From IMG/VR virus record IMGVR_UViG_3300037167_000001, positions 1 through 42,100 of that record: DNA of 42,100 nucleotides, one strand, 5' to 3'. The translations under genes were made by a program, and so were the position numbers. Below are positions 27,230-36,423 of the stretch, one piece after another (the stretch's first letter is position 1; every line of letters begins with the position of its first letter). The notes below the pieces were generated by a model, which had not been told where the DNA came from, searched no databases, and saw nothing but the letters and a program-made list of their open reading frames with translations. The DNA comes from a virus. Taxonomy: Duplodnaviria > Caudoviricetes.

Positions 27230-27463
27230 TTAACGAATACCTGTTAAGTCATCATTTACGCGCACTGCGTAAATCATATCGTTCTTAGTCATAGCGTCTA
27301 ACCGAGCTGCAGTATATGTAGTACCGCTGATGGCAGTTAAACGTGCACGTAAATCTGTAATAGAGTCGTAGTTATTCTCACCTGCAAGTGGGATCTTTGC
27401 AGTACCACGGGCAAGTCGAGCGTCTACGAAGTCAAAAGTACCTGTTAAATCAGTGTTAGCCAT
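27230..27463 (-). CDS. Small hypothetical protein
   Basis: GGAGG RBS; overlaps the portal stop codon. Confidence 0.7.
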   Translation of the reverse strand: MANTDLTGTFDFVDARLARGTAKIPLAGENNYDSITDLRARLTAISGTTYTAARLDAMTKNDMIYAVRVNDDLTGIR

Positions 27464-29537
27464 TAGGACTTCCTCCCATATCGGGGGGTGCTACTCCTGC
27501 ATTATCTACCGAAGTTGTAGGCATTGGCCCACCAGGAGGAGGACCACCGCTAGGACTAATATTACCAGGTCCTTGTGGTTGTCCACCATTTAGATTGTTA
27601 ACCTGCTGCATTGCCATACCAATAGCCGCAGTATGTGCATTAACATGGTCCTGGAACTGTTGCTTAACCGCAGGATCAAGTAATTCAAATGCCTGAGATT
27701 TACGGAATCTATTATGCACATCAATATGCACCATATGATTATCCCAGTCATTAACTGGAACAGCCGCAGGTGGCGGAATAGGTGCACCCTGCTGATCTAC
27801 TGTATTTGGAGCACCCTGCATTTGCTGCTGCTGGAACTGCATTTGATTCTGCTGAATATCCTGTGGCGTAAGTCGCTTAAGCTTAATATTCTCTCTCTGT
27901 GCCTGAGATTCATCAATCTTAAGCTGCTCATATAGTTTCTGGACTCCACCCATATCTAGAAGCTTCAAGCCATCCTGAGGACTAATGAAGCCCATCTTCA
28001 TCATATCCATAAGGAAAGCCTGACGTGCAGCCTTAGACGTAGGTAGAGCAGATCCACCTTCCATACGAATATCAGTACAAATATCTGCACCAGTTAACTG
28101 TAATACGTCAAAGAAACCTTCTGTGCCTACAACTCGTACAGTTCTCTCAACATCCCAATACTGCTTAGCAAGGTAAAGAGTCTGACGTGCAATAGACTCC
28201 ATGCCCTTTTCTACAGAGAAGTAGGTATGAGAGAGAAGACTATCGTCTTTTTCCTGCAAGAAAGAAATTGCTGTAGCGGCAGTAACACCGGAAGGTGCAT
28301 CTCCACGAGATACCTGATGCTGTCCAGAAATATCTTCAATATCTACAATAGTACGATCTAATTCTTGCAGCACATAAGACGGTAAAGGAGTAAGTGGAAT
28401 TGGCTGAGGTAACCCAAACCCAGGCTTAACTGCAATCATTTGCCCTGGTTCAGTAGTAACCTTAGAAGGATCTAAAGAACCCTGAAAATACACTAATTGG
28501 GGCTTAGCCATCCTATTCTTAGCCTCAACAACCTGAGACCGAGTACGGTTATATTCACGCTGTAAACCGATAAGGTCTGAGACGGTCGATTCAGAATAGA
28601 ACTTACCTGACGGGATATGATCAAATTTAGTAAAGGGAAACTCTCCGTGAGCATACGGAATTTGACTATCCAAGTGAACAATGTTATCTCCAATAACGTG
28701 GACTAATCCACCATTAGGAAGTAACTTATGCGCGCCTGGCTTTGCCCACATCTCCATACATAACACAGAATCCGGTTCAGTTTTAGTGCTTCCAGCTAAA
28801 TCCAGTACAGAGTCATTAATAATCTCTTGTGATGCAATAACATCATTCGCTACAGAGAGGCCCTTAAGCTTATCCCCATAGATAGCCTGTACCTGAGAGA
28901 TAGGTTTAGTATAAATATTAAGAACAAAAGGCTGTTTCTGTAAGTCTACAGTACGAAGATCTGGTACAAATAAGTGATACGGGGTGACACAGCCATATCT
29001 AACGTCACCCTGTTGACCATCTGCATCTACTGCACCGGAATCCCACCACGTCTTAATGAATCCGGTCCCACAAATTAAAGTCCAGAAAGCCGTCTGTAGG
29101 AATTCTGCGTCTAGATGACTGTTATTAGAAATAGATTCCCAGACTTGTTCTGCTGCATAAGCCGCAGCTAAGTCTTCATCTTCACTAGAGGCAGGTACAA
29201 CAGACGCATTAGGCTTCTGTCCAGTAATTCGTGCAATCTCAGTACGAATTACAGGACGAATTCGGTTGGCTACTAGGCGAACACGATATGGAGGTGCCTT
29301 AGGAAGGATGAGTTTTCCACCAACATAAGGTGGAGCTACCTCTAGATATTGCTTACCAAAGTAGAATGCCAGGTTTAAGTTCCACTGAATCTGTAACCGA
29401 CTTCTAGCCGACTTCATTTCTGTGTATTGAGATTTTACCCACGATACTAATTCGCGAGCTTCCTTCATCTGACCAAGTTTAACCAAGTCCATAGTGCTCG
29501 GGTCGGAGGCCGAGGGCTTCAAGGGCGTCACTGTCAT
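27456..29537 (-). CDS. Portal protein
   Basis: NRIRP, GTGFIK..WD, LQREYN, DIEDISG...VSRG and TAATAI motifs; 693 aa, downstream of TerL. Confidence 0.88.
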   Translation of the reverse strand: MTVTPLKPSASDPSTMDLVKLGQMKEARELVSWVKSQYTEMKSARSRLQIQWNLNLAFYFGKQYLEVAPPYVGGKLILPKAPPYRVRLVANRIRPVIRTEIARITGQKPNASVVPASSEDEDLAAAYAAEQVWESISNNSHLDAEFLQTAFWTLICGTGFIKTWWDSGAVDADGQQGDVRYGCVTPYHLFVPDLRTVDLQKQPFVLNIYTKPISQVQAIYGDKLKGLSVANDVIASQEIINDSVLDLAGSTKTEPDSVLCMEMWAKPGAHKLLPNGGLVHVIGDNIVHLDSQIPYAHGEFPFTKFDHIPSGKFYSESTVSDLIGLQREYNRTRSQVVEAKNRMAKPQLVYFQGSLDPSKVTTEPGQMIAVKPGFGLPQPIPLTPLPSYVLQELDRTIVDIEDISGQHQVSRGDAPSGVTAATAISFLQEKDDSLLSHTYFSVEKGMESIARQTLYLAKQYWDVERTVRVVGTEGFFDVLQLTGADICTDIRMEGGSALPTSKAARQAFLMDMMKMGFISPQDGLKLLDMGGVQKLYEQLKIDESQAQRENIKLKRLTPQDIQQNQMQFQQQQMQGAPNTVDQQGAPIPPPAAVPVNDWDNHMVHIDVHNRFRKSQAFELLDPAVKQQFQDHVNAHTAAIGMAMQQVNNLNGGQPQGPGNISPSGGPPPGGPMPTTSVDNAGVAPPDMGGSPNG

Positions 29538-29832
29538 AATCTTCTAGCCTCCCTTCCTTCACTAATCGCTCGTATTCACCTTGGTCTGATGGGTCAACTA
29601 CTGGTTCCTCAGAAATTGAATAACTGTTCATCGCTTGCACGGCTTGAAACGCTAGTGGGTCCTTCGTGGCTAAAAGTGAGACCAGCTTGTCCAACTGGTT
29701 CAGATGATTCTGCTGTAGCGATACTAGTGCTGTCATCTGCTCCCGATTCGTTTTCAGAACCAGGTACACAACGACCATCAAGGTCAGCATCAATAGCACT
29801 ACAAAGAGAATCAACACTAGTATTGAGTTCAT
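29479..29832 (-). CDS. Membrane-anchored hypothetical protein upstream of the portal
   Basis: N-terminal hydrophobic helix followed by a soluble helical region. Confidence 0.6.
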   Translation of the reverse strand: MNSILVLILFVVLLMLTLMVVVYLVLKTNREQMTALVSLQQNHLNQLDKLVSLLATKDPLAFQAVQAMNSYSISEEPVVDPSDQGEYERLVKEGRLEDYDSDALEALGLRPEHYGLG

Positions 29833-30166
29833 TTCTAAATGCCTTAACTCGCTCTAATGCAGCAGTAGTATTATGTGTAGCGAAGTCTAACTTAAGATTA
29901 AGTTCGTCTACCTTGGACTGAGATACATACCCAATTGCACGAGCACCCTCAGCCATACATTCAACACAGAAATAAACTGCACCATGCTCTTCAAGTTCCA
30001 TGCCAAAATCTAAACAAGGCCGATCTACTGTGCCACAAACCATACACTTGCCAGGCCACGCAAAAGGCCGTGGAACAATCTGCATTCGTGCCTGTACTGG
30101 ATTAGTTTCCACCGAAAATCGACTCCGACTTAGCTTCCTGCCCTGCGTCACCGATACTTGTTTCAT
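29609..30166 (-). CDS. Zinc-binding hypothetical protein (start possibly 30085)
   Basis: CMVC and CVEC pairs, a coiled coil, and an acidic tail ending QLFNF. Confidence 0.65.
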   Translation of the reverse strand: MKQVSVTQGRKLSRSRFSVETNPVQARMQIVPRPFAWPGKCMVCGTVDRPCLDFGMELEEHGAVYFCVECMAEGARAIGYVSQSKVDELNLKLDFATHNTTAALERVKAFRNELNTSVDSLCSAIDADLDGRCVPGSENESGADDSTSIATAESSEPVGQAGLTFSHEGPTSVSSRASDEQLFNF

Positions 30167-30539
30167 TATCGGACATAGGGGTTTCAGCTGAAAGATACTC
30201 TTCTGCTACAGGCTCGTCAGGAGAAGGATTTCCAACAACAGAAGGATTAACCAAAGCGTCGCGGGCTTCCATTTCAGCCGCAACTTCATCCCGAAGCTTC
30301 GCAGAATCTTCAGTAAGAGTAATCTCTGGGGTTACAGGCTCAGCCTCTCCTGTAAGCTCTGCATACTCTGCAGGAGTAATAATACCCTCGTTAAGGTCTA
30401 GCCAAGCATTAGAGAAATTCGGCTCACGCTGTTCTCCACGTGCCCGACGAACTTCTGCCTCACAACGCTGAATTTCATCCTGGTACATCTGGCCGGACCG
30501 ACCAACAAAACCAGGATACTGTCCATAGTTCTCAGCCAT
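30102..30539 (-). CDS. Acidic hypothetical protein
   Basis: GAGG RBS before MAENYG. Confidence 0.7.
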   Translation of the reverse strand: MAENYGQYPGFVGRSGQMYQDEIQRCEAEVRRARGEQREPNFSNAWLDLNEGIITPAEYAELTGEAEPVTPEITLTEDSAKLRDEVAAEMEARDALVNPSVVGNPSPDEPVAEEYLSAETPMSDNETSIGDAGQEAKSESIFGGN

Positions 30540-30540
30540 C

Positions 30541-30753
30541 TCAGTTTCCTCTCGCAATTGCAGCATTGGCCCACATTACAACTTCCTCTAGCTTAGTGAT
30601 AGCTAGAGACTTCTCACGACTCTCAGGACAAACATCATTGATATACTGAGCTAATGCAAAACCCGAAGATCGCATAGTTGCATAAGTATCTACCATATCA
30701 GCATTCTTAGGTGCATGATACGTAAATCTATTTTCAAGGTCCGTAAGATCCAT
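30541..30753 (-). CDS. Acb2/Tad1-like hairpin protein (putative anti-defence nucleotide sponge)
   Basis: ENRFTYHAP...CPESREKSLAITKLEEVVMWANAAIAR resembles the Acb2/Tad1 hairpin family as I recall it; not searched. Confidence 0.7.
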   Translation of the reverse strand: MDLTDLENRFTYHAPKNADMVDTYATMRSSGFALAQYINDVCPESREKSLAITKLEEVVMWANAAIARGN

Positions 30754-32279
30754 CAGAAACCATCCCATTCTACAGCGTTAGCTCCGGAGGACCACTCAGT
30801 CCTATTTCTATCGTCTAAGTACATTCGTGCAAGAACCTGGTCGTACCTAAGATTCTCAGAATCTCTTGGCATAAGTTCTGATACTGTTGCTGGGTCAGGT
30901 GCAAGGTCTGGCATAAATGTGAAGAAGTATCTGGCAGAGTCGCAGGCATGGTCATCTTTCTTATGAATCTTTTCGTGTGCATTATTATTGAACTGGGCAG
31001 ACTTAGAAGAATAGGTTTCCCATCTAAGTCTTTCCATCTCACGAATTAGATTCGTACAATTCTCTGTAATCTGCCAATAAGGTTTCCCAGTGCGCGGATT
31101 AATAGATAAATACTTGCTAACCTGATTGACCCCAGTGAGAACATCGTTATTCCCGGGCGCAATCCAAATACCGTTGGCTGCATATTCTCCAACGATACTA
31201 GTTCCTGTGACAGCTTGTCTCTGCTGTGTAGCGGGATCTCCGACACAGAACTCAGGTTCCTTTCCAAGTTCTTTATCCATCTTTAGGACTACTTTTGCAT
31301 GTTCCGCTACAGTCATTTCACTTGCATAATGCTCTGCAAATGTAACAATAGTTCCATCAGCATGGACCGCGTGCCATAGCCAAGCAGTAGGGTTATTAAA
31401 CCCGTGGTCCATACTACGATACCATTCCCAATTCAGCACTGATTTAGGATTGATTGGCGGGATAACATGTGTCGCTACAGAGAAGTTTTTGTAGACTTTG
31501 CCACCAAGTTGAACGAACTGACCTTTTTCGCGTGCCTTTCGTTCATCAGCATCGAGCCCGCCAAGAATACGTTCAATAGCCTCTGGCTTTAGATATGGGT
31601 TCTCATGGATATCTACTTCTACAACATCAATATATTGGTGAAGACCTGTAGACCCTGGCTTATAAATACCATCATAAATCCAGGTCATACCTTCTACAGG
31701 AGTAAGAGTAAGCCAAGTATCACCATCTGTATCGACAAGACGTAGCATGTTCTCATCGTAGATATGTTTCGGTGGTTCCTCGTCAAAGTGTACGAAGTGC
31801 CGACTAGTTCCTGCGTGTGCAGCTAGATCCTGTTCGTACGTAAGAAACTCTAGGGTACTTCCATTAGATAGTGTGAGTTCTTTCTTCTCACTATTATAGC
31901 TACGTTCCCAGGAACCTTTGACGAGTAAAGAAGGCGGAAGCCACTGCTTTAATTTTGGAATAAGAATCTGCTGAATACCATGTGTAAAGTCTACACAGAT
32001 TGCACGTCCTCTAACCGGCGCCTCGGGTACCCTCCTATAGGGGTGCTGTCCGCGCAGGTAGAAGATGTCTTCGACCACTCCACCTACTGTTTTGCCGGAC
32101 CGGTTACCTCCAATGTAGAGTCGTGTCTTAGCCTGAGAACTGTGAAATAACACCTGCTTAGGGTGCGGTTTATAGGCTAAGATATTGGGCTCACGCGCTG
32201 TTAGCTTTAACTTCTCGCCAATAGCACGGAACATTTCCGCTTGGGTAATGTCCTCAGAGGCGGCAACACGTCTAGCCAT
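30753..32279 (-). CDS. terL: Terminase large subunit
   Basis: Q motif HPKQ, Walker A GGNRSGKT, Walker B HFDEE, TLTP, nuclease motifs SMDHG and DDHACD. Confidence 0.95.
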   Translation of the reverse strand: MARRVAASEDITQAEMFRAIGEKLKLTAREPNILAYKPHPKQVLFHSSQAKTRLYIGGNRSGKTVGGVVEDIFYLRGQHPYRRVPEAPVRGRAICVDFTHGIQQILIPKLKQWLPPSLLVKGSWERSYNSEKKELTLSNGSTLEFLTYEQDLAAHAGTSRHFVHFDEEPPKHIYDENMLRLVDTDGDTWLTLTPVEGMTWIYDGIYKPGSTGLHQYIDVVEVDIHENPYLKPEAIERILGGLDADERKAREKGQFVQLGGKVYKNFSVATHVIPPINPKSVLNWEWYRSMDHGFNNPTAWLWHAVHADGTIVTFAEHYASEMTVAEHAKVVLKMDKELGKEPEFCVGDPATQQRQAVTGTSIVGEYAANGIWIAPGNNDVLTGVNQVSKYLSINPRTGKPYWQITENCTNLIREMERLRWETYSSKSAQFNNNAHEKIHKKDDHACDSARYFFTFMPDLAPDPATVSELMPRDSENLRYDQVLARMYLDDRNRTEWSSGANAVEWDGF

Positions 32280-32280
32280 C

Positions 32281-32400
32281 TTAGCACTTATGTCCCGAAG
32301 TCTTCATTGCACCGCAGTTCGGGCACGAATTCGATGGGGCAGAACTACCGGACTTAGTCCCACCGAAACTAGGTGGAGTACCTTTCCTCTTACCCGCCAT
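32281..32400 (-). CDS. Tiny basic Cys-containing protein, 39 aa (MAGKRKG...CPNC)
   Basis: Translated by hand; AAGGAG RBS; fills the gap exactly. Confidence 0.55.
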   Translation of the reverse strand: MAGKRKGTPPSFGGTKSGSSAPSNSCPNCGAMKTSGHKC

Positions 32401-32410
32401 GATAATCTCC

Positions 32411-32743
32411 TTACGCAGTTGTACTATCTGTTGCACCAAGTGCTGTTAATGCAGCACACACAGAAGCAAGAGCAATATTTCCGCCCTTAGCGCCCGTGAG
32501 TGTTACACCTGCTAATAACTGAATACTATCTGAACCACCATGGTTATGATTCCCTGCAGCAATCTGGTTACTCCCAACACCTACAGTATGGTGATGAGAA
32601 TCTTTCGCAACATCTAGATCATCGTTACGGTGAATTTGCGCTACAGTGCGGGGATCAAAGTAATTCTGCCCCTGAACCTTTGGACTAAATGGATCATTAA
32701 TAGTCCGCTCATTTGGATCCTGTGGTGTTCCGGGTTGTGCCAT
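32411..32743 (-). CDS. Putative virion protein
   Basis: HHT.G.G..Q.AAGNHNH and ALTALGATD segments, as seen in fibre-associated proteins. Confidence 0.55.
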   Translation of the reverse strand: MAQPGTPQDPNERTINDPFSPKVQGQNYFDPRTVAQIHRNDDLDVAKDSHHHTVGVGSNQIAAGNHNHGGSDSIQLLAGVTLTGAKGGNIALASVCAALTALGATDSTTA

Positions 32744-33372
32744 TACCAGTACCTATTTACTCGGAACGAAGACTTAGCCTGTCGAATACAGCTGCCTGAT
32801 CCAGAACCACGAAGCAATGTAAATACCATGGTTTTAACACTTGTAGCCGATGCTGCCCAGGCAATATTGAAGTCCTTTTCAACACCAAATGCTGCTGTTC
32901 CAGTACTAAATGCAGATGAGAATATTGAAGCGCCTGCTATGCTATCCTCACGAATACCTAGCAGAAAGTAATCACCAGCAACAGATTGCATCATTTGGCA
33001 GTGAGCTTCAATATTGTAGTATTTACCGTTGATAGCATTAAACGTAATACCTGTGACAGCAGTTTCTACCGTGGTAACAGCAGCACTGTTAGCGCCTTCA
33101 TCAGTCCTGCCTACGTTCTGAACAGCACCTGAGGCAAAAGAAAGTAGTTGCCATTGAGCACCATCCCAAACATACTCAAATAATGTATCTGTTTCGAAAA
33201 TCTGGAGACCAACGAATAATGCTCCGCCACTAGGACGTGTAGTAGAAGAACAAATAAAAGTACCAACGCTTGAATCAATCGTATCAAAGTTATTATTCAG
33301 ATCCGCTGCGACATCTACTGTATCACTACTCGCGGGCTTGAATAACCTTAACCGACTTGTCAGCGTCCCCAT
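32743..33372 (-). CDS. Short tail fibre/receptor-binding-like protein
   Basis: N-terminal T.RL.L.KP...D.V....DLN.NFD.ID and STTRP...G.QIFETDT...VWDG..W, typical of actinophage fibre proteins; GAGGAG RBS. Confidence 0.65.
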   Translation of the reverse strand: MGTLTSRLRLFKPASSDTVDVAADLNNNFDTIDSSVGTFICSSTTRPSGGALFVGLQIFETDTLFEYVWDGAQWQLLSFASGAVQNVGRTDEGANSAAVTTVETAVTGITFNAINGKYYNIEAHCQMMQSVAGDYFLLGIREDSIAGASIFSSAFSTGTAAFGVEKDFNIAWAASATSVKTMVFTLLRGSGSGSCIRQAKSSFRVNRYW

Positions 33373-34099
33373 AATTCTCCTCAAAGGAAAAGACACTTTC
33401 CCCTGAGTCAATTGCCGCTACAGGGGTTGATTGGATAACTCTATTGTTGGGCAATACCCCTAAGGTACTTTGCGCCAACATCTGTACTTCACTACCAATC
33501 TTAGCTAACGTTATAGGATTGTCAACGTGTTTTGTGATAATTTCTACTACTCGCGACAGGACGTTCATTACGTCGATCGCTGCCTTGCTATTTGGATCCC
33601 ACTTACCTGTAATCTCATACGCGAATTTAATCGCGTTCATGTCCCCTTTTTCAGCTGTCTGGATAAGTGCTTGCTGAATAAGAGGCATGTGTTCCTGTAG
33701 AGCGTCTTCCGACATTGTTTGGAATGTCTGTCGGAATTCCGGGTTCTTCTGCCAGGCTGTCCACTTCGCATATCCTATCCCGAGATTCCGAAGTTTCGCC
33801 CGAAGTCCTCCCGGGACAGTTGGGTCCATTACGTGGGATAACGCGTACATTTGTTCCTGGGTAAGGCGTGTGTTAACCCTAATCCACGGAACACCCCTAC
33901 TCAGAACGTAATGCTTAAAGTCCTTGTCGTCAAAGACCACCGCTACAGAGAGTGCGTTATCCAGCTCGTTTTCAAACGCCCTATATACTTCGCCGACACC
34001 AGGACATCTCTTAGTACGTAAATAGTAGTGGTATACCCACTGGGCAATCTCAGTTACAACTTCCCGTGAATATTTGTTCGACTCTGTGTATCTGGGCAA
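33326..34099 (-). CDS. HTH protein, putative terminase small subunit
   Basis: LGIGYAKWTAWQKNPEF and AEKGDMNAIKFAYEITGK; lies upstream of TerL. Confidence 0.6.
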   Translation of the reverse strand: MPRYTESNKYSREVVTEIAQWVYHYYLRTKRCPGVGEVYRAFENELDNALSVAVVFDDKDFKHYVLSRGVPWIRVNTRLTQEQMYALSHVMDPTVPGGLRAKLRNLGIGYAKWTAWQKNPEFRQTFQTMSEDALQEHMPLIQQALIQTAEKGDMNAIKFAYEITGKWDPNSKAAIDVMNVLSRVVEIITKHVDNPITLAKIGSEVQMLAQSTLGVLPNNRVIQSTPVAAIDSGESVFSFEENYGDADKSVKVIQARE

Positions 34100-34577
34100 T
34101 GGTCACCCCACATCCGTTAAGTGCGATTTTCTCTAAAGAAGGAAATACTAATTTGGGTGAAAGTTCATATGCCTGTATAATCGACTGTTGAACCTTCACC
34201 GTCTTACAATAGTCTATGAGAGACTTTCCAACGAGTGTTTCCCTAAATCGGATATGGGGATGACGTTCCGGCGCTACAGAGAACATGTCTGTGTCCTCTA
34301 GATAAAACTCCAGTCTCCTATGGAAGTCTGTGTCTTGTACTTGTCTCCGTTCCTCTGCGATCCAGTCGGAGTAAGCTTCAAGATACTTCTCTGGGTCTCC
34401 ATTCAAATACATGGGGAAGTGTTCTGTTAATATAGTAGCTATTCGAGGAGAAGGAATGTGGTATAACCCTTGCTCTACTCTCAAGATGTAATTACGGCTT
34501 AATTGGGTTTGGGCTGAGAGCTGTTCTTGGGTTAATCCAGACTCCCTTCTCGCATAACGATAAGGATTCTCTGTCAT
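34050..34577 (-). CDS. XRE-family HTH regulator (possibly two HTH domains)
   Basis: RRESGLTQEQLSAQTQLSRNYILRVEQG; second weaker repeat SLIDYCKTVKVQQSIIQAYE. Confidence 0.85.
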   Translation of the reverse strand: MTENPYRYARRESGLTQEQLSAQTQLSRNYILRVEQGLYHIPSPRIATILTEHFPMYLNGDPEKYLEAYSDWIAEERRQVQDTDFHRRLEFYLEDTDMFSVAPERHPHIRFRETLVGKSLIDYCKTVKVQQSIIQAYELSPKLVFPSLEKIALNGCGVTIAQIHRVEQIFTGSCN

Positions 34578-34583
34578 GTATAT

Positions 34584-34611
34584 AGTATAACAGAGAAAGA
34601 CTATGTGTCAA
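34584..34611 (-). promoter_or_regulatory. Leftward promoter, probably leaderless, for the XRE gene
   Basis: Minus-strand TTGACA-16 nt-TATACT, 6 nt before the ATG; no RBS. Confidence 0.7.
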
Positions 34612-34620
34612 GATGATGTA

Positions 34621-34676
34621 GTATACATATCATTATGTAACGTAGTAGGGGATAAGGTATACATATCATTATGTAA
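34621..34676. promoter_or_regulatory. Two identical 20-bp operator-like sites
   Basis: GTATACATATCATTATGTAA at 34621-34640 and 34657-34676, each containing the palindrome TACATA-N4-TATGTA. Confidence 0.75.
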
Positions 34677-34786
34677 TTGAGTAGTTAATAAGGTACCGGT
34701 TTGGAAACAACTGGGGCTGAAATACCCGTACAACATGGTGTGGTAGACTTACGTCAGAAAGTTCGGAACTAGCCAAGGAGCAGACC

Positions 34787-35317
34787 ATGCGCATGATGCG
34801 CATCATCACTAACATCACTGAGTACACCATCTCTGAGACTCGGACTGACAGCGAGATGTTGCACGATTACCTCACTGAGCACGTGGTTAACGACGACTAC
34901 ACCGTGACCTTCACTAACTTGACTCTCGAGGCTGAGCACAAGCGTATGTGTAAGGACTACGACTACGAGATTGCGCATTATGTGCGGAAGTACGAGGACT
35001 TCAAGCGCCTCGCGGAGCGCACTACTGAGAGCCTACGAGAGGAGATCTCTCAGATGCGTCGGGAGTATGAGGACTACAAGAGCAAGACTGCCAAGGTCCA
35101 GGAATTCCTCAACAATGAAATCGCGGAGCTAAAAGCTCAGCGTGACGAACTCATCAACAATGTCACCGACATGACTCACACTAAGGATCATTTCTACTGT
35201 GAGAGCTGTAACGGCACTGGCTTCCGCGCATCTGGCGAGATATGTGAAGATTGTGGAGGATACGGCACTACCTTTAAGTGGTGGGCAGATGACGCGCCAG
35301 GTTTCCTTCATGACTAA
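34787..35317 (+). CDS. Early coiled-coil protein with a C-terminal CxxCxGxG zinc finger
   Basis: AAGGAG RBS; CESCNGTG and CEDCGGYG. Confidence 0.8.
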   Translation: MRMMRIITNITEYTISETRTDSEMLHDYLTEHVVNDDYTVTFTNLTLEAEHKRMCKDYDYEIAHYVRKYEDFKRLAERTTESLREEISQMRREYEDYKSKTAKVQEFLNNEIAELKAQRDELINNVTDMTHTKDHFYCESCNGTGFRASGEICEDCGGYGTTFKWWADDAPGFLHD

Positions 35318-35332
35318 TCTCTCCTGAAAATT

Positions 35333-35356
35333 GGCCATCGAGAGATGGCCTTTTTT
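35333..35356 (+). terminator. Intrinsic terminator
   Basis: GGCCATC-GAGA-GATGGCC-TTTTTT. Confidence 0.85.
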
Positions 35357-35505
35357 CATGGGCGCGCATGGAAACAATGCCGTCGCAAGGCCTGAGATCG
35401 CCTCAGAAAGTCTCACCGACACCGCTACAGAGCTTGCATAATCCTGGCGACTATGGTTTACTGATCCTAGGTCGGCAAGGGGCCGGCAGCCAAGGAGAGA
35501 TTGAA

Positions 35506-36258
35506 ATGACTGAGACCGCACCCGAGCCCACCGTGACGTTCGACCCGTTCGTCGCGATGGCCCGTGAGAAGCTCGCAACGATGATTACAGACAACAACGT
35601 GGTCGCGGAGCGTCTGCGTAGCGTCGGAAACACTCGCGCACTGGTCAAGGAAATTCGCGAGGACAAGCCTACCAAGGACGCCGTTATCCTCGAATTCCGT
35701 CTGAAGATGGAGAAGGCTCAGGCTGAAATGAACAAGTGGGAAGCCGATGTTGACGCGCACATTAAGGCGTCAGGCATGGTTACTACTGGAGATGTGGACG
35801 TCGAGAAGGAAACTGCAGCTTGGAAGGCTGCGCACTCTGCCATTAAGCCAATGCGGGATGTTCTGCAGAATCTCGGTGGCGACGCTGCAGTAGCAGGTCT
35901 TCCTGAGATTAAGGGAATTCCTGGGAAGTCCGGCGGGTCCGCTGCTGGTGCTTCTGGAATCTCTCGTCCGCGTCTGCAGAAGATTCGTTACACTATCGCG
36001 GGCAAGGAGGAATGGGTCGAGGTTTACACCACGGTCGAGGTTGACGGGTCTCCTGTCCAGAAGACTACGCTTACTAACCTCGCCGCTGCTCTCAATAAGT
36101 CCTTCGGTTCCAGTGTCTCGGCGGCTGATATTCAGTCGCCGATGTTCGACGCTGCTGGTACCAAGGATCTCAGCACTCGGAACGGTGAGCCTGTGAGTTT
36201 CGCTTTCACTGCTGGCGAGACCAACGTCATCATCGAGGTTACCCCTCGCGTCGCATAG
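35506..36258 (+). CDS. Early hypothetical protein (start MTETAPE)
   Basis: AAGGAG RBS before ATG 35506; GC-richer codons; has its own terminator. Confidence 0.8.
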   Translation: MTETAPEPTVTFDPFVAMAREKLATMITDNNVVAERLRSVGNTRALVKEIREDKPTKDAVILEFRLKMEKAQAEMNKWEADVDAHIKASGMVTTGDVDVEKETAAWKAAHSAIKPMRDVLQNLGGDAAVAGLPEIKGIPGKSGGSAAGASGISRPRLQKIRYTIAGKEEWVEVYTTVEVDGSPVQKTTLTNLAAALNKSFGSSVSAADIQSPMFDAAGTKDLSTRNGEPVSFAFTAGETNVIIEVTPRVA

Positions 36259-36267
36259 TCCGAAGGA

Positions 36268-36307
36268 TAAAGGGTCGGCCCAGATATTGGGTCGGCCCTT
36301 TATTTTT
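36268..36307 (+). terminator. Intrinsic terminator
   Basis: ATAAAGGGTCGGCCCA...TGGGTCGGCCCTTTAT followed by a T-run. Confidence 0.8.
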
Positions 36308-36394
36308 ACCGGGTCGTTTAACTTTCAACCAAGCCTGCATGGAAACAATGCGGGCGATATGTCTGTTGTATACCATATGTCCAATATGTCATAC

Positions 36395-36423
36395 TTGACA
36401 GGCTCGCTACAGAGGCGTAGCAT
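36395..36423 (+). promoter_or_regulatory. SigA-type promoter with the octamer in its spacer
   Basis: TTGACA-ggctCGCTACAGaggcg (17 nt)-TAGCAT. Confidence 0.65.

Noticed and set aside
13357-33911. Many short plus-strand ORFs opposite the structural genes, and similar shadow ORFs elsewhere in the track
   Set aside because: They lie antisense or out of frame within well-supported genes and show no RBS or recognisable motifs.
35368-35505. Long N-terminal extension of the 35368..36258 ORF
   Set aside because: The stretch contains the 15-bp box, an octamer and a promoter candidate, and the good RBS precedes ATG 35506.
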